A program made the translations under genes and the position numbers. From the IMG/VR virus record IMGVR_UViG_3300019487_000004, positions 1 through 64,000 of that record: a stretch of DNA of 64,000 bases, one strand, 5' to 3'. The stretch comes from a virus. Under the pieces are notes generated by a model, which did no database searches, had not been told where the DNA came from, and worked only from the letters and a program-made list of their open reading frames with translations. Of the stretch, positions 49,762 to 59,052 are shown one piece after another. Every line of letters begins with the position of its first letter. Position 1 is the stretch's first letter.

Positions 49762-50069
49762 CGCTTCGCCTCGGGAATGACCTGCAGCACGTTGGCGAAC
49801 CACGCTTCGTTGAGCGTCTCAATCGCCTTGCGCTGCCCTGCGCGGAGCACTTCGAGCGTCTTGAGCTTCTCGATGCCAACAGCGAGCGGCACGAGCTTGA
49901 TCGGCATGAAGACACCACCGCCGTACGTCGAGACCTGCACACGCCCGAGGCTATCCATCGCCATCACCGGGCCGCCGAGCACGAACGGGAACAGGTCGTA
50001 GCTCCAGAATGCGAACAACCCCGTGATCGGCTTGAAGCCATCACGAATGCGATAGGGCGGCTTCTTCAC
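49758..50069 (-). CDS. hypothetical protein (103 aa)
   Basis: Track ORF. Confidence 0.55.
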   Translation of the reverse strand: MKKPPYRIRDGFKPITGLFAFWSYDLFPFVLGGPVMAMDSLGRVQVSTYGGGVFMPIKLVPLAVGIEKLKTLEVLRAGQRKAIETLNEAWFANVLQVIPEAKR

Positions 50070-50401
50070 GACACTTCTCCGGTGCGGGTGTCGAGCACGT
50101 AGAGGCGATACGGCGGGTCAGGCTGGAACGGCGCCGCACTGATGCTGCAGCCGTGCGTCTGCATCAGCCAACGGTTCGTACGATCGGTACCGTACATGTT
50201 CACGTGCGCGAGCAGCCCGAACGGATCGTTATCGAGCTGCTCCTGCGTGTACTTCGGGTCGATCGGGAACGTCCGCTGGTAGAGTGAATCGAGCACGAGA
50301 CTCGACGCCTCACGCCCACTGCACGCGTGCACGAGGTAGACGGTCTCGACGCCATCCTTCGCGTGCACGACCTTGAACACCTGCTTGTTGCGCTCGTCCA
50401 T
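50066..50401 (-). CDS. hypothetical protein (111 aa)
   Basis: Trimmed start. Confidence 0.5.
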   Translation of the reverse strand: MDERNKQVFKVVHAKDGVETVYLVHACSGREASSLVLDSLYQRTFPIDPKYTQEQLDNDPFGLLAHVNMYGTDRTNRWLMQTHGCSISAAPFQPDPPYRLYVLDTRTGEVS

Positions 50402-50601
50402 CACAGCAACCTCCACGCCACGTCGTGCTTGTTGCACCAGTCGGTGACCTCGTCACACTGCTCGCGCTTCACGACGACGTTGATGTCATCGCTCGCGAAG
50501 CGATCCGAGACCTCGGCCCCGAACTGCTTGACGAGCTGTGCGAGCTTTGCCTTGGGGCCCATCACGTTGATCTCGTCGTGCGTGTCGTTCGTGCGGTTCA
50601 T
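50401..50601 (-). CDS. hypothetical protein (66 aa)
   Basis: ATG after AAAGGAGAG. Confidence 0.5.
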   Translation of the reverse strand: MNRTNDTHDEINVMGPKAKLAQLVKQFGAEVSDRFASDDINVVVKREQCDEVTDWCNKHDVAWRLL

Positions 50602-50605
50602 GGAC

Positions 50606-50839
50606 TCACTCTCCTTTGAAAAGATCGTCGAAGATGTTGGGCACGTGCAGCTCTGCTCGACCGGTGGGCGTGAGGCTCCGTCCTCGGGGCGACGGCGCAA
50701 TCAAGCCCTTGCGTTCGAGCGCATGCAACGTACGGCCGTGGATGCCGGCGTAGCTTCGGTGGGGGCTCGGACGAGCGCGGTGGGGGCTCGGACGAGCGAA
50801 CATACGAAGCGCGGCGCACTCCTTCGCTGTAAGCCGCAC
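50606..50839 (-). CDS. winged-helix-like small protein containing a 7-aa tandem duplication
   Basis: GTG start 2 nt after the upstream stop. ARPSPHR is repeated because of a 21-bp DNA duplication. Confidence 0.4.
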   Translation of the reverse strand: MRLTAKECAALRMFARPSPHRARPSPHRSYAGIHGRTLHALERKGLIAPSPRGRSLTPTGRAELHVPNIFDDLFKGE

Positions 50840-50841
50840 GG

Positions 50842-51747
50842 CTAGCCCTCCTTGCCGATGCGCCCCTGGCCACGAACGAGTGCGCCGCGCGACTTGCCGA
50901 TGTTGACGCTCGCGCCCGCCGTTTTGCCGGCCTCGTAGCCGCTCGTCGACGACACGCGGACATAGGTCTGACGTGCTTTCTTCCACTTCTTGCGCTTGCC
51001 GAAGTCCTCGTACGCGTCGACGACTTCTTGGTGGTCCTTGTCGACCAGGACGAGCGCGAGATCCTCGGTGTTCGCTACCGGCTTCTCTTCGTCCTCGACG
51101 ACCACCTCGTCGGGCGCTTCGTCGTCCGGCTCATCAAGGTCAAGCTCGTCGTCGGGCTCGGCCTCGATCACGGGGCTCGCCTCGACGTGTTGCTTGGCGA
51201 TCTTGCGCCGCTCGGCAGCTGCACGTGCGGCATCTTCGAGCCGCTCGCAGATCGTCATCGATGCGCCGACACGGAACGCGTTCTTCCATGCACGCGCGCT
51301 CGATTTCGAGACTCGCTTAGCGAGTTGCTTCTGCCAGCCTTCCTCGACGAGCCGATCGACTTCGTTGAAGAGGTAGAGGCACATGTAGCTCCACGCCTGC
51401 ACCGCGCTCTCGCGGCCGAACGCGCGCATCTGATTCGTGCGGCTGTACCAGTAGCGACAGCCGACAGCACGTGACACGCCCCACGCGATGTTGCTCTTCC
51501 ACGTGACCTTCTTGTGCATCTGCTGCCACGGCTGATGCTGAGCCTCGCCTTCGAGCGGGTATTCTTCGACGATCTTCTCGGCGGGCCTCGCATCTTCGTC
51601 GTCGAGCCGCAGCATTGCCTCGGAGAGCTGGTGCTCTTCGATCATCGCAGCAGCCTTCGCGGCAGCCTGTGCAGCTTCGAACTCGTTGTCGCTGCGAGAC
51701 AGCTGGAGCAAGCGTTTCACGCGACCGAGAACTTTGTTATCAGACAT
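50842..51747 (-). CDS. DUF2786-like protein
   Basis: N-terminal VLGRVKRLLQLSRSDNEFEAAQAAAKAAAMIEEH matches the DUF2786 pattern as I recall it. Start trimmed to the ATG after AAGGACACACCCCA. Confidence 0.55.
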   Translation of the reverse strand: MSDNKVLGRVKRLLQLSRSDNEFEAAQAAAKAAAMIEEHQLSEAMLRLDDEDARPAEKIVEEYPLEGEAQHQPWQQMHKKVTWKSNIAWGVSRAVGCRYWYSRTNQMRAFGRESAVQAWSYMCLYLFNEVDRLVEEGWQKQLAKRVSKSSARAWKNAFRVGASMTICERLEDAARAAAERRKIAKQHVEASPVIEAEPDDELDLDEPDDEAPDEVVVEDEEKPVANTEDLALVLVDKDHQEVVDAYEDFGKRKKWKKARQTYVRVSSTSGYEAGKTAGASVNIGKSRGALVRGQGRIGKEG

Positions 51748-52018
51748 TGGGGTGTGTCCTTGCCTTGGTATGGATGGGTAAGCCAAGCCCTGCGTTGCGC
51801 AGCAATACGACGCTCGGCATCGGTGAGCCAAGCAGAACGCAGCCGAGCCGCGTCGGCTCTCGATCGAGTACCTCTCTCGATCGATTGAACGAATGGCGTG
51901 GGCAGGAACAGCTGCCCACGCGATATCTACGCCGCTGGCCCGGCGCTACGAGCGTCCCTGCGCTGTGCTTTGCTCGTAGTCAACTAGCCCGCTTTTGTCT
52001 CGCGGGAGGGATGAACGT

Positions 52019-52531
52019 CTAGAGGCAGAGCGCGTGCTCGGCCCAGAACTTCTTAGACTCGATGTAGTCCTGCTTGAGCTTGACCAGCGCGTTGCGCTTG
52101 TCCTGCGGCATGTCCTGCACGCAGTGCTCGGCGATGAAGTCCGCGATCGTCGCGGCCAACTCGCCCGGCTCCTTCGGCGCGAGCGGGCCGCCGAACGCGG
52201 TGTAGAGCGCGCACGCCTCGCCAGCATGCGGGCCTGCAATCACGGTCACCTGATTGCTCGTGTGCGGCTTGAAGCCGACGAGCACGCGCGAGAGGTACGG
52301 ACGATTGCCACGTCGACGCATCTCGACCTTGTACGGAATTGGATCGTCGGGAATGGGGTCGTCGCCCATGATTGGGCCCCACAGCATGCACGGCACCGTG
52401 CCGAGATGCTTCGGGATCTCGATCGTGTCGATGAAGAACTCGTTCTTCTCGACGAAGACCTTGAGGATGTGTGCGATCTGCCTCTCCGTGAGGCCGTGAT
52501 CGATGTGCGAATCGATGTGTAGCGTGAGCAT
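52019..52531 (-). CDS. hypothetical protein (170 aa)
   Basis: Trimmed start. Confidence 0.5.
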   Translation of the reverse strand: MLTLHIDSHIDHGLTERQIAHILKVFVEKNEFFIDTIEIPKHLGTVPCMLWGPIMGDDPIPDDPIPYKVEMRRRGNRPYLSRVLVGFKPHTSNQVTVIAGPHAGEACALYTAFGGPLAPKEPGELAATIADFIAEHCVQDMPQDKRNALVKLKQDYIESKKFWAEHALCL

Positions 52532-52698
52532 CGTGTTTCCCTTTCGTAGGTGAAGACGCCGCTCGGCGCCGCATCTAACAGATGAAACGAAAAAAGAGAT
52601 CGGCACGGGGTCCGGTATGACTGCACGGACACCCATCGCGTCGGGCATTAGCCCTAACCGCCCTTTCTAGAGGCGCCCAGCGTGCCGATCAAGACGAA

Positions 52699-54021
52699 CT
52701 AGCGAGCACGCTTGGTGCGCTTCGCGAGCTTCTTACGACGGCGCTTGATGAGGCCGCGGTTGGCGACGATCGCGTTGACGAGCGCCGTCTTGCCGCCTGC
52801 GAGCTTGGACGCGCCGACGATCTTCAGCTTCGACGCATAGCCACGTAGGTTGTCGAGCGACTGCTCCATCAGCTGCACGGGGCGCATCTTCGCCATGCGA
52901 CGGACGACCGAGTCATCCGCCTTGCGCTTCGATGCCGGCTCGGGTGGCGACACGCGCATCATGTCGCGAATCACGTTGCCTGTTTCCTTCGCAAGCGCGG
53001 GCGAGATGTGAGGTGGCGAGAACACCTCCTCGTCCTCGTCGTCTTCCTCGTCATCGTCCTCGTCATCCTCGTCGTAGACATCCTCATCGATGTCATCGTC
53101 GTTATCGTCGTCGAGGTCCTTGTCCTCATCCTCGTCGTCATCATCGCCCGCAGCGAACGACTGGAAGTCGTGATCAGGCGCATCCTCGCCACCGGGTTGT
53201 GTGGACGAGCCATACGCAGCCGCGGGCGGCGTGTCGTACAGGCTCTGCTCGCCCGTGAACGATGCGTCGACGGTGGTGTCGGGCATCGGCTGGCCCGTGT
53301 AGAAGCCGACGACGAGGTACTCGCACGTGCGGATCTTCTGCCAGTACTCGTCGTTGGGCACGCAGACGACGTTCTCCGGGGCGACGCGGCAGATCACGAT
53401 CTTGCCTTCGCCCGTGTTGAACTTCTGCACGTAGCCAAGCGCGCCGACGTGGAACCCTTCCGCGCACGGAACGTTCGGATCGTCGGAGACCTTGTTGCGG
53501 TTGATCTTGTGGACGCGGCCCGGCGTGTTGTCGAACACGCCGCTGTGCACATCGCGCAGGCTGTCGAGCACCCGCTTGTACGTGAGGAACGTGCCGTCCT
53601 CTTCGATCGGGATGTTGTAGTTCTTGAGGAAATTGAACAGCTGCTGCACCGAGCGATAGCTCGGGTTGAGCAGCATGCGCTTCCAGAAGTTGAACAACGG
53701 TGATGGGCTCTTGCCGGTGTTCGCGAACTCCCAGATGCGCCGCTCGATCGAGGCGGGAATGCGCTCGCCGTTGTACGAAATCTGCAGCCCGTCGACGGTG
53801 AACGGCGACTCGGTGCCGAGCCACCGCGTCAGGCTGCCCGCGGGGGTCGCGAGTTTGCGAACCTCGTCCCAGCTGCCCGTGCCAGCGCGCGCGGCGAGCA
53901 CTGCGGTGACGATATCTTGGAAGTGCGTCGCGCGCTCGGCGGATACCGTGACGGGCGCACCGTCAATCACGAGCGTGATCTGTTCGTTGGTCAGAGAGAA
54001 GGGGATTTCGTTGGCCTGCAT
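52699..54021 (-). CDS. rIIB: rIIB-like protein with long poly-acidic tract and basic C-terminus
   Basis: The stretch LFNFW..LLNPS..LFNFL..IPIEEDGTFLTYKRV...FDNTPGRVHKINRNKVSDDPNVPCAEGFHVG...VAPENVVCVPND...KIRTCEYLVVG aligns closely with T4 rIIB as I recall it. Sits directly downstream of rIIA. Confidence 0.8.
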   Translation of the reverse strand: MQANEIPFSLTNEQITLVIDGAPVTVSAERATHFQDIVTAVLAARAGTGSWDEVRKLATPAGSLTRWLGTESPFTVDGLQISYNGERIPASIERRIWEFANTGKSPSPLFNFWKRMLLNPSYRSVQQLFNFLKNYNIPIEEDGTFLTYKRVLDSLRDVHSGVFDNTPGRVHKINRNKVSDDPNVPCAEGFHVGALGYVQKFNTGEGKIVICRVAPENVVCVPNDEYWQKIRTCEYLVVGFYTGQPMPDTTVDASFTGEQSLYDTPPAAAYGSSTQPGGEDAPDHDFQSFAAGDDDDEDEDKDLDDDNDDDIDEDVYDEDDEDDDEEDDEDEEVFSPPHISPALAKETGNVIRDMMRVSPPEPASKRKADDSVVRRMAKMRPVQLMEQSLDNLRGYASKLKIVGASKLAGGKTALVNAIVANRGLIKRRRKKLAKRTKRAR

Positions 54022-54036
54022 GACACGTCCTTTCGC

Positions 54037-56247
54037 TCAGGGAACGAGCGCGAGCGCGGGTTTGGTGATCGTGGTGTTGGGAAGATCGTCGAAGACTTTC
54101 GCGCCATCATCGGCGATGTGCAGGTCGACGCCCTTGATGTACTGGATCCACGCCTTGCGCATGGTCTTGGTGTCGTCGGCTTCGTGCTTGTTGTCGGCCG
54201 CGAACAGCGTCGACCACGGACCTGACCAGCTGCTGATTGCGCGAAGCAGCGGATAGCGATCGAGCAGCCGATCGAAGACAGCGTGTGCCTCCGACTCACT
54301 CTCGTAGATACGCAGCTCGGCGGCGAGATTGCGGAGCATCGGCCCGCGCTGATTGACCACGTCCTCCGCTTCGCGACGGCGCAGCATTGCGAGCGTGATC
54401 GGGTGATCCTCGCCGAACCGCTTGGTCAGTACGGCTAACTCGGTCTTCGACGGCGCGTTCTTGAACACACTCGTCCAGAAGTAGACCCCGACGAGACGAC
54501 GCATTGCCTCGTTGTTCTGCCCGTTGATGAAGTCCTTGCGCCACTGGTCGTAGCTGCGGCCGTCGGTGACGTCGTGTGCGGTGAACGGCTTGGACTCCGT
54601 CGACTTGTAGCCGATGACTGCCGGAAACTCGACGCCGAGCGCCGACGCAAGCGCTGCATCGGCGTTGTAGCGTCGTTTCCAATCGTCGTGGTCACTGACG
54701 GCGTAGACGCTCGCGACCTTGTACGACTCAATGATCACGAACACGTCGTCGTCGCTGGGCTCGTGGTCCTCCACGATGTCCCAGTTGTCGCTCGGCCGCT
54801 GCTTGTTGAAGCCGCCGTTGTACTCGAACACGCGCGTCTTGCGCTTGAGCGTCGAGAGTGGCGTAGCACCCGCACCGCCGCCACGGTTGCGCTTCTTGAG
54901 CCGGCTCTCGTCCCATGTGAGCGTCGAGAGCAGTACGATCGGCACGCCCGTCAGCGTGCATGCGTCAATGTACTTGTTCAGCTCCTTGAGGAAGCCTGCA
55001 GTCTCGTCGGGCTTGAGCGCAACTTTGCGCTTTTTGGCGCGACGCACGACGTAGTCGCAGCCCTGCAGGTCGTAGCCCTTGAGGTCCTTGCCCGTGTCGT
55101 CGATGAGGATGCGCAGGTCCGAGGTGACCATGCACGTGTTCGTCACCGAGCCATCGCGCACGAAATACATCGCGGCCGTGTCAGCGTCATCGAACACACG
55201 CACCGTCGACTTCGACAGTGACTCCCACTGCGCACCGGGGATCTTGAAGCCGAGCATGCCCATCAGGCGCAGCTGCAGGCGCTGCTCGAACGCGGTGAGC
55301 TTGCCTGCCTCCAGCTTCTTGAGCTGGTCTGTCACGAACTCGTCGACGAGCGCCGTGAAGCGTTCGACGATCGCATCCTTCGTCGCCTGCGTGTACTTCA
55401 GCTCTTCACGCGAGGCCGCGATGTGCAGCGCGTTGATCGGGAAGCGTAGCGTGCCGTTCATGCGTAGCAGGCACTCGTGCTCGGGCGCGAGCGTCAGCTG
55501 TTCGAGACGAATGCGATAGGGCACGCACCCCATCACCGCCGTCCAGACACCGCCGTCGCGGCTGTCCGGGTCGCGATCGATGTAATCCACGACGCCCGAC
55601 TGGAACGTGAGGCGGAACAGCGGCGGTAGCGGCAGATCGATGTTGATCGTGGGGCGCGGCCCGAAGTGCACGTAGAGCTGCTTGGCCTTCTTCTCGAATT
55701 CGGCGATATCGCCGGGCTTGATGGCGATCTTGATCTCGATGCCGTGCTCGTCGGTGTCACGCTCGTCGACGAGATTCATCGAGCCCTTGCCCGTTGGATC
55801 GAGCGCAGCGATGTAGACGCGACGCTTGCCCTCGTGGAAGCTCGTCACCGTGAACGAATCGGTGTACGCGAACGCGCTCTTGGAGCCGATGCCGAGCATG
55901 CCGGCCTGATCCGGATCGTCGCGCTTCGTGCTCTTGCCGTAGCGCGTGTAGACCGTCTTGACCTTGTCGTGTGAAAGACCCGACCCGTAGTCGCGAATCG
56001 TGAGCGTGTAGTCGTGCGTCGTCGGCAGCGTGATCTCGATCGGACAATCGGGCGCGCCGATCGCGACGTGGGCGTCCCACGCGTTGGTCGCGTACTCGCG
56101 GAGCACCGCGAGCTTGGTGTCGGAGTATATCGAGTCGCGCAAGAGATGCATCAAGTGCGCGCCGTCGTCGTTCGACAGCTCGAAGCTCGTCGAGTCGATC
56201 ACGCCGTTGGTGTCGAGCTTGTGGTCCTGGTAGTTCACGAACGCCAT
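54037..56247 (-). CDS. rIIA: rIIA-like GHKL-ATPase protein
   Basis: AVLREYATNAWDAH, RDYGSGLS and GMLGIGSKSAFAYTDSFTVTSFHEGKRRVYIA align closely with T4 rIIA ([47 protein letters not shown]) as I recall it. 736 aa. Confidence 0.9.
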   Translation of the reverse strand: MAFVNYQDHKLDTNGVIDSTSFELSNDDGAHLMHLLRDSIYSDTKLAVLREYATNAWDAHVAIGAPDCPIEITLPTTHDYTLTIRDYGSGLSHDKVKTVYTRYGKSTKRDDPDQAGMLGIGSKSAFAYTDSFTVTSFHEGKRRVYIAALDPTGKGSMNLVDERDTDEHGIEIKIAIKPGDIAEFEKKAKQLYVHFGPRPTINIDLPLPPLFRLTFQSGVVDYIDRDPDSRDGGVWTAVMGCVPYRIRLEQLTLAPEHECLLRMNGTLRFPINALHIAASREELKYTQATKDAIVERFTALVDEFVTDQLKKLEAGKLTAFEQRLQLRLMGMLGFKIPGAQWESLSKSTVRVFDDADTAAMYFVRDGSVTNTCMVTSDLRILIDDTGKDLKGYDLQGCDYVVRRAKKRKVALKPDETAGFLKELNKYIDACTLTGVPIVLLSTLTWDESRLKKRNRGGGAGATPLSTLKRKTRVFEYNGGFNKQRPSDNWDIVEDHEPSDDDVFVIIESYKVASVYAVSDHDDWKRRYNADAALASALGVEFPAVIGYKSTESKPFTAHDVTDGRSYDQWRKDFINGQNNEAMRRLVGVYFWTSVFKNAPSKTELAVLTKRFGEDHPITLAMLRRREAEDVVNQRGPMLRNLAAELRIYESESEAHAVFDRLLDRYPLLRAISSWSGPWSTLFAADNKHEADDTKTMRKAWIQYIKGVDLHIADDGAKVFDDLPNTTITKPALALVP

Positions 56248-56270
56248 GGTGGGGTGTCCTCGTCGTGAGA

Positions 56271-56290
56271 GTGATCGTTGGGGCTGACAT
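56271..56290 (-). promoter_or_regulatory. conserved upstream 20-mer, copy 3 (minus strand ATGTCAGCCCCAACGATCAC)
   Basis: 24 nt upstream of the rIIA start codon. Confidence 0.35.
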
Positions 56291-56533
56291 CGCCGTCGTG
56301 GGTTGGCATCATCAGGGCAGCGGAACCACCGCTACCGACGACGCGTAAAGAGCACCGATGCCGGGTGGGTAAGCCCGGTGGGTCACGCACTGGGGGAGCG
56401 CATGCACCATCACGCATGTCCTGGGGGACAACACGCGTCGTCGCTCAAGGCTCGGGTGGAAAGCCTCGCGTCGTTTCGCCTTCATCGAGAGGTGAGGGAC
56501 ACACCCCTGTGGCTCGCCCCTCGCGAGGCAAAC

Positions 56534-57109
56534 CTATTTGCTGAGTGCGTGAAGCAGCTTCTCTATTAGCTCCTCGTCGAGCGTCAGCGTCAGATACGCG
56601 TCGTACACACCACGCTCCTTGAAGCGTGGCTGCATCTTCGTGCTCACATCGAGCGCCTTGGGCCGGCGCCCGTCCGTACTGAACGCATCGAAGACTTGTT
56701 GGCGCAACCGTTCGATGCGGAAGCGCTGCCGACTCTCGACGTTCTTCGCCTCGCGCATGGCGGGCGTGAGCCACGCGAACGACTTCGCGCCTTGATCGTG
56801 CACTTCGATGCAGCCCTCATCAACGAGCGCGTTGAGCAGCTTGCGCACCGTCTGAATCTGCCCCGCCGTCGGCTCGTGCACGACGCCGTTGCCCGGCCAC
56901 GTCAGCGTCGCTCGCACAGCGTCTTTGTGCTCGTTGTACTGCGCGAAGCCAGCACGATAGCGCAGGCCACCGTCGAGGCCGTGCACGAACCAAACGACCT
57001 CCTCTGCACTCGTCCAAAATCCATACGCCTTCTCGTCAGGATTGAACCACTCCGCGCTGCGCCGCATGACGTCGCGCACCTTGTCGATCGTGATGTCTGC
57101 AGGCTTCAT
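56534..57109 (-). CDS. hypothetical protein (191 aa)
   Basis: Track ORF. Confidence 0.55.
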   Translation of the reverse strand: MKPADITIDKVRDVMRRSAEWFNPDEKAYGFWTSAEEVVWFVHGLDGGLRYRAGFAQYNEHKDAVRATLTWPGNGVVHEPTAGQIQTVRKLLNALVDEGCIEVHDQGAKSFAWLTPAMREAKNVESRQRFRIERLRQQVFDAFSTDGRRPKALDVSTKMQPRFKERGVYDAYLTLTLDEELIEKLLHALSK

Positions 57110-57381
57110 CGTTGTGTCCTCGTCTTGGGCCTGGGGGTGTAGTTGATCGCGGAGCGTCCCGCGTCGGTGAGGCGTGTATGGCCGGTGTCGTCGCGCTCAA
57201 CGAGCCGCAGCTTGAACAGCGAGTCGATCACGCTCGCACGCTCGGCCGAAGTCTTCGCGAAGTCACCGTACGCCTCACGCGCCAGCTCGGGTGTGAGCTG
57301 CGGGCCGTCGGTGCGGAACGTTTCCGCAGCGGCCGTCTTGTACAGCGCGTGGCGCTGCTTGCCGGTCAACTTCACGACCAC
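57106..57381 (-). CDS. hypothetical protein (91 aa), wHTH-like
   Basis: Track ORF. Confidence 0.5.
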   Translation of the reverse strand: MVVKLTGKQRHALYKTAAAETFRTDGPQLTPELAREAYGDFAKTSAERASVIDSLFKLRLVERDDTGHTRLTDAGRSAINYTPRPKTRTQR

Positions 57382-57977
57382 CTCACCGCGGAGATCGTCC
57401 AGGGCGGCGAAAACCGGCGATCCAACTCAGCGACCGGCGCGCCCTCGTACGCCTCGACAGGCGACGCAACCGGCAGCTCGGCGAACGGTTCGAGAATGAC
57501 CTCGTTCTGCGTACGCAGCGACCAGTCGATCTGCCGAGCACCTTCGCGACCGAGCAGTGGATGCACCGCTGCGAACTTCGCGAGCGGCATGCCGATCGCG
57601 TTGGCCCACGTGTAGTGGAACAGCACGCGCACCGTCGGCGCCGGCAGCATCATCACGAAGCCCCGCAGATGCGGCTTTGCCTCGGCGAGCAGCTCGCTCA
57701 CGTACGACTCACGCGAGCCGAACCAGCGCGCGACCTCGTAGTCCTCGCTCCACGAGACGAACGTGTACGCGGGGTCCGTCGCCAGCGGCGCGTTCGGATC
57801 GAGCAGCATGCCGCGATAAAGCGGCTTGTGCTCGATGGGCAGCTGACGCTGTAGCTCGTCAGCGACGGTGCGGATCGCGAGGCCACGCTGACGCATCAGC
57901 GCGTCCGCGTCGTGCATGCGGCCGACGATGGCGTAGATCGCCCAGTTGACCCAGGCGTTGATGGAAGCGTTGTCCAT
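57372..57977 (-). CDS. hypothetical protein (201 aa)
   Basis: Start trimmed to the ATG after GGAAGGACACACCCCC. Confidence 0.55.
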   Translation of the reverse strand: MDNASINAWVNWAIYAIVGRMHDADALMRQRGLAIRTVADELQRQLPIEHKPLYRGMLLDPNAPLATDPAYTFVSWSEDYEVARWFGSRESYVSELLAEAKPHLRGFVMMLPAPTVRVLFHYTWANAIGMPLAKFAAVHPLLGREGARQIDWSLRTQNEVILEPFAELPVASPVEAYEGAPVAELDRRFSPPWTISAVRWS

Positions 57978-58003
57978 GGGGGTGTGTCCTTCCGCTTCGA
58001 GGG

Positions 58004-58768
58004 TTACTGCGCTCGCTTGAACGTCACCGTGATCATGCCGATGTCCTTGAAGCACCCGACGTCCTGATCAGGCTCTAGGTTGATCGCCTGCACCGCGAAC
58101 GCGCAGTCCGTGATGAGGTAGCGCTCCTGGGCATCGAGAACTGCCATCTCGATCCAGTCGTCGACTGCGATTGGCATTCGCGAGAGCACCTGATACCAGT
58201 TCGCGCGATACTGCTCGGGCGTCGACGGCGGGACGAACGGGTAGTGGATGAACTGTGCTTCGCTACGCGGTGCGGTGGTACCGAGCAACTTGCCGTTGAC
58301 GCTGATCTGCATCACAGGCTCGGGCAACGAACCGTCCGCGTCCCACGCTGCACCACTCGGACGAACCGGTGGGAAGTACGCATTCGTTGCGGTGACGTCG
58401 AAGCATGCGCCCACGCAATGCTCGATGTTATCTGCGCCATCGTCGGGCTCCGTCGCGCACGCGGTGACGAGTAGCACCAGCAACGTGACCACCGCAGCTT
58501 TCGCGGGGTGGCGCTGACGGGCCGCTGCGTCGTTCTTCGCACGCTGCTCGGTGTAGAGCGTGCGGCGCTCTTCGAGCGGCAGGTCACGCGCAGCAATGCA
58601 GCGCTTGCGATGGCAGAGGAAGAATCCTGGGCCATCAGTGTTCGTGCAGACCTCGTCGTCGGTGTAGCGCTCGGCCTCGTTCGTTGGCTTGCCGCACGCA
58701 TCACACGCAGGCGCCTTGCTGTAGCGCCCATTGCGACGACGGTCATGAAGGAAGAGCTTTTTCTTCAT
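58004..58768 (-). CDS. protein with N-terminal Cys-rich region, internal TM/lipobox-like segment (LLVLLVTAC) and C-terminal domain
   Basis: Start trimmed to MKKKLFLHDRRR. Confidence 0.5.
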   Translation of the reverse strand: MKKKLFLHDRRRNGRYSKAPACDACGKPTNEAERYTDDEVCTNTDGPGFFLCHRKRCIAARDLPLEERRTLYTEQRAKNDAAARQRHPAKAAVVTLLVLLVTACATEPDDGADNIEHCVGACFDVTATNAYFPPVRPSGAAWDADGSLPEPVMQISVNGKLLGTTAPRSEAQFIHYPFVPPSTPEQYRANWYQVLSRMPIAVDDWIEMAVLDAQERYLITDCAFAVQAINLEPDQDVGCFKDIGMITVTFKRAQ

Positions 58769-58857
58769 CGGTGCCTCGCACACGGCAGAACCCTGCCGCA
58801 CGTTTCGTTGGTGTAGTTGTCTACGATGTGACCGCAGCGCGCGACGATGTGGCGCGG

Positions 58858-59052
58858 CTACGGCGTGATTGCGTCGCGGATGTACTGACGAATCGCTGCA
58901 CGTTCCATCGGCGTGACTTGCACGCGCGTGACCTGGCGAACGTACGAGCAGACGTAGCCGACCGCGAACTCGACGTCGTCGGGATCGGGATGCCACGTCT
59001 TGCTGTCGAGCAGCTCGCCGAGCCCATCAACCGCTGCTTGGTGGCGGTCCAT
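58858..59052 (-). CDS. hypothetical protein (64 aa)
   Basis: Track ORF. Confidence 0.5.
   Translation of the reverse strand: MDRHQAAVDGLGELLDSKTWHPDPDDVEFAVGYVCSYVRQVTRVQVTPMERAAIRQYIRDAITP

Noticed and set aside
51897-51921. 9-bp stem hairpin CGTGGGCAG-GAACAG-CTGCCCACG as an intrinsic terminator after 52019..52531.
   Set aside because: No U-tract follows on the transcribed strand. It may be structural or regulatory, but a terminator call is not supported.
53000-53170. GA(C/T)GA-rich DNA tract as a non-coding microsatellite or assembly artefact.
   Set aside because: It is in frame inside the rIIB-like CDS and encodes a continuous Asp/Glu run flanked by good coding sequence.
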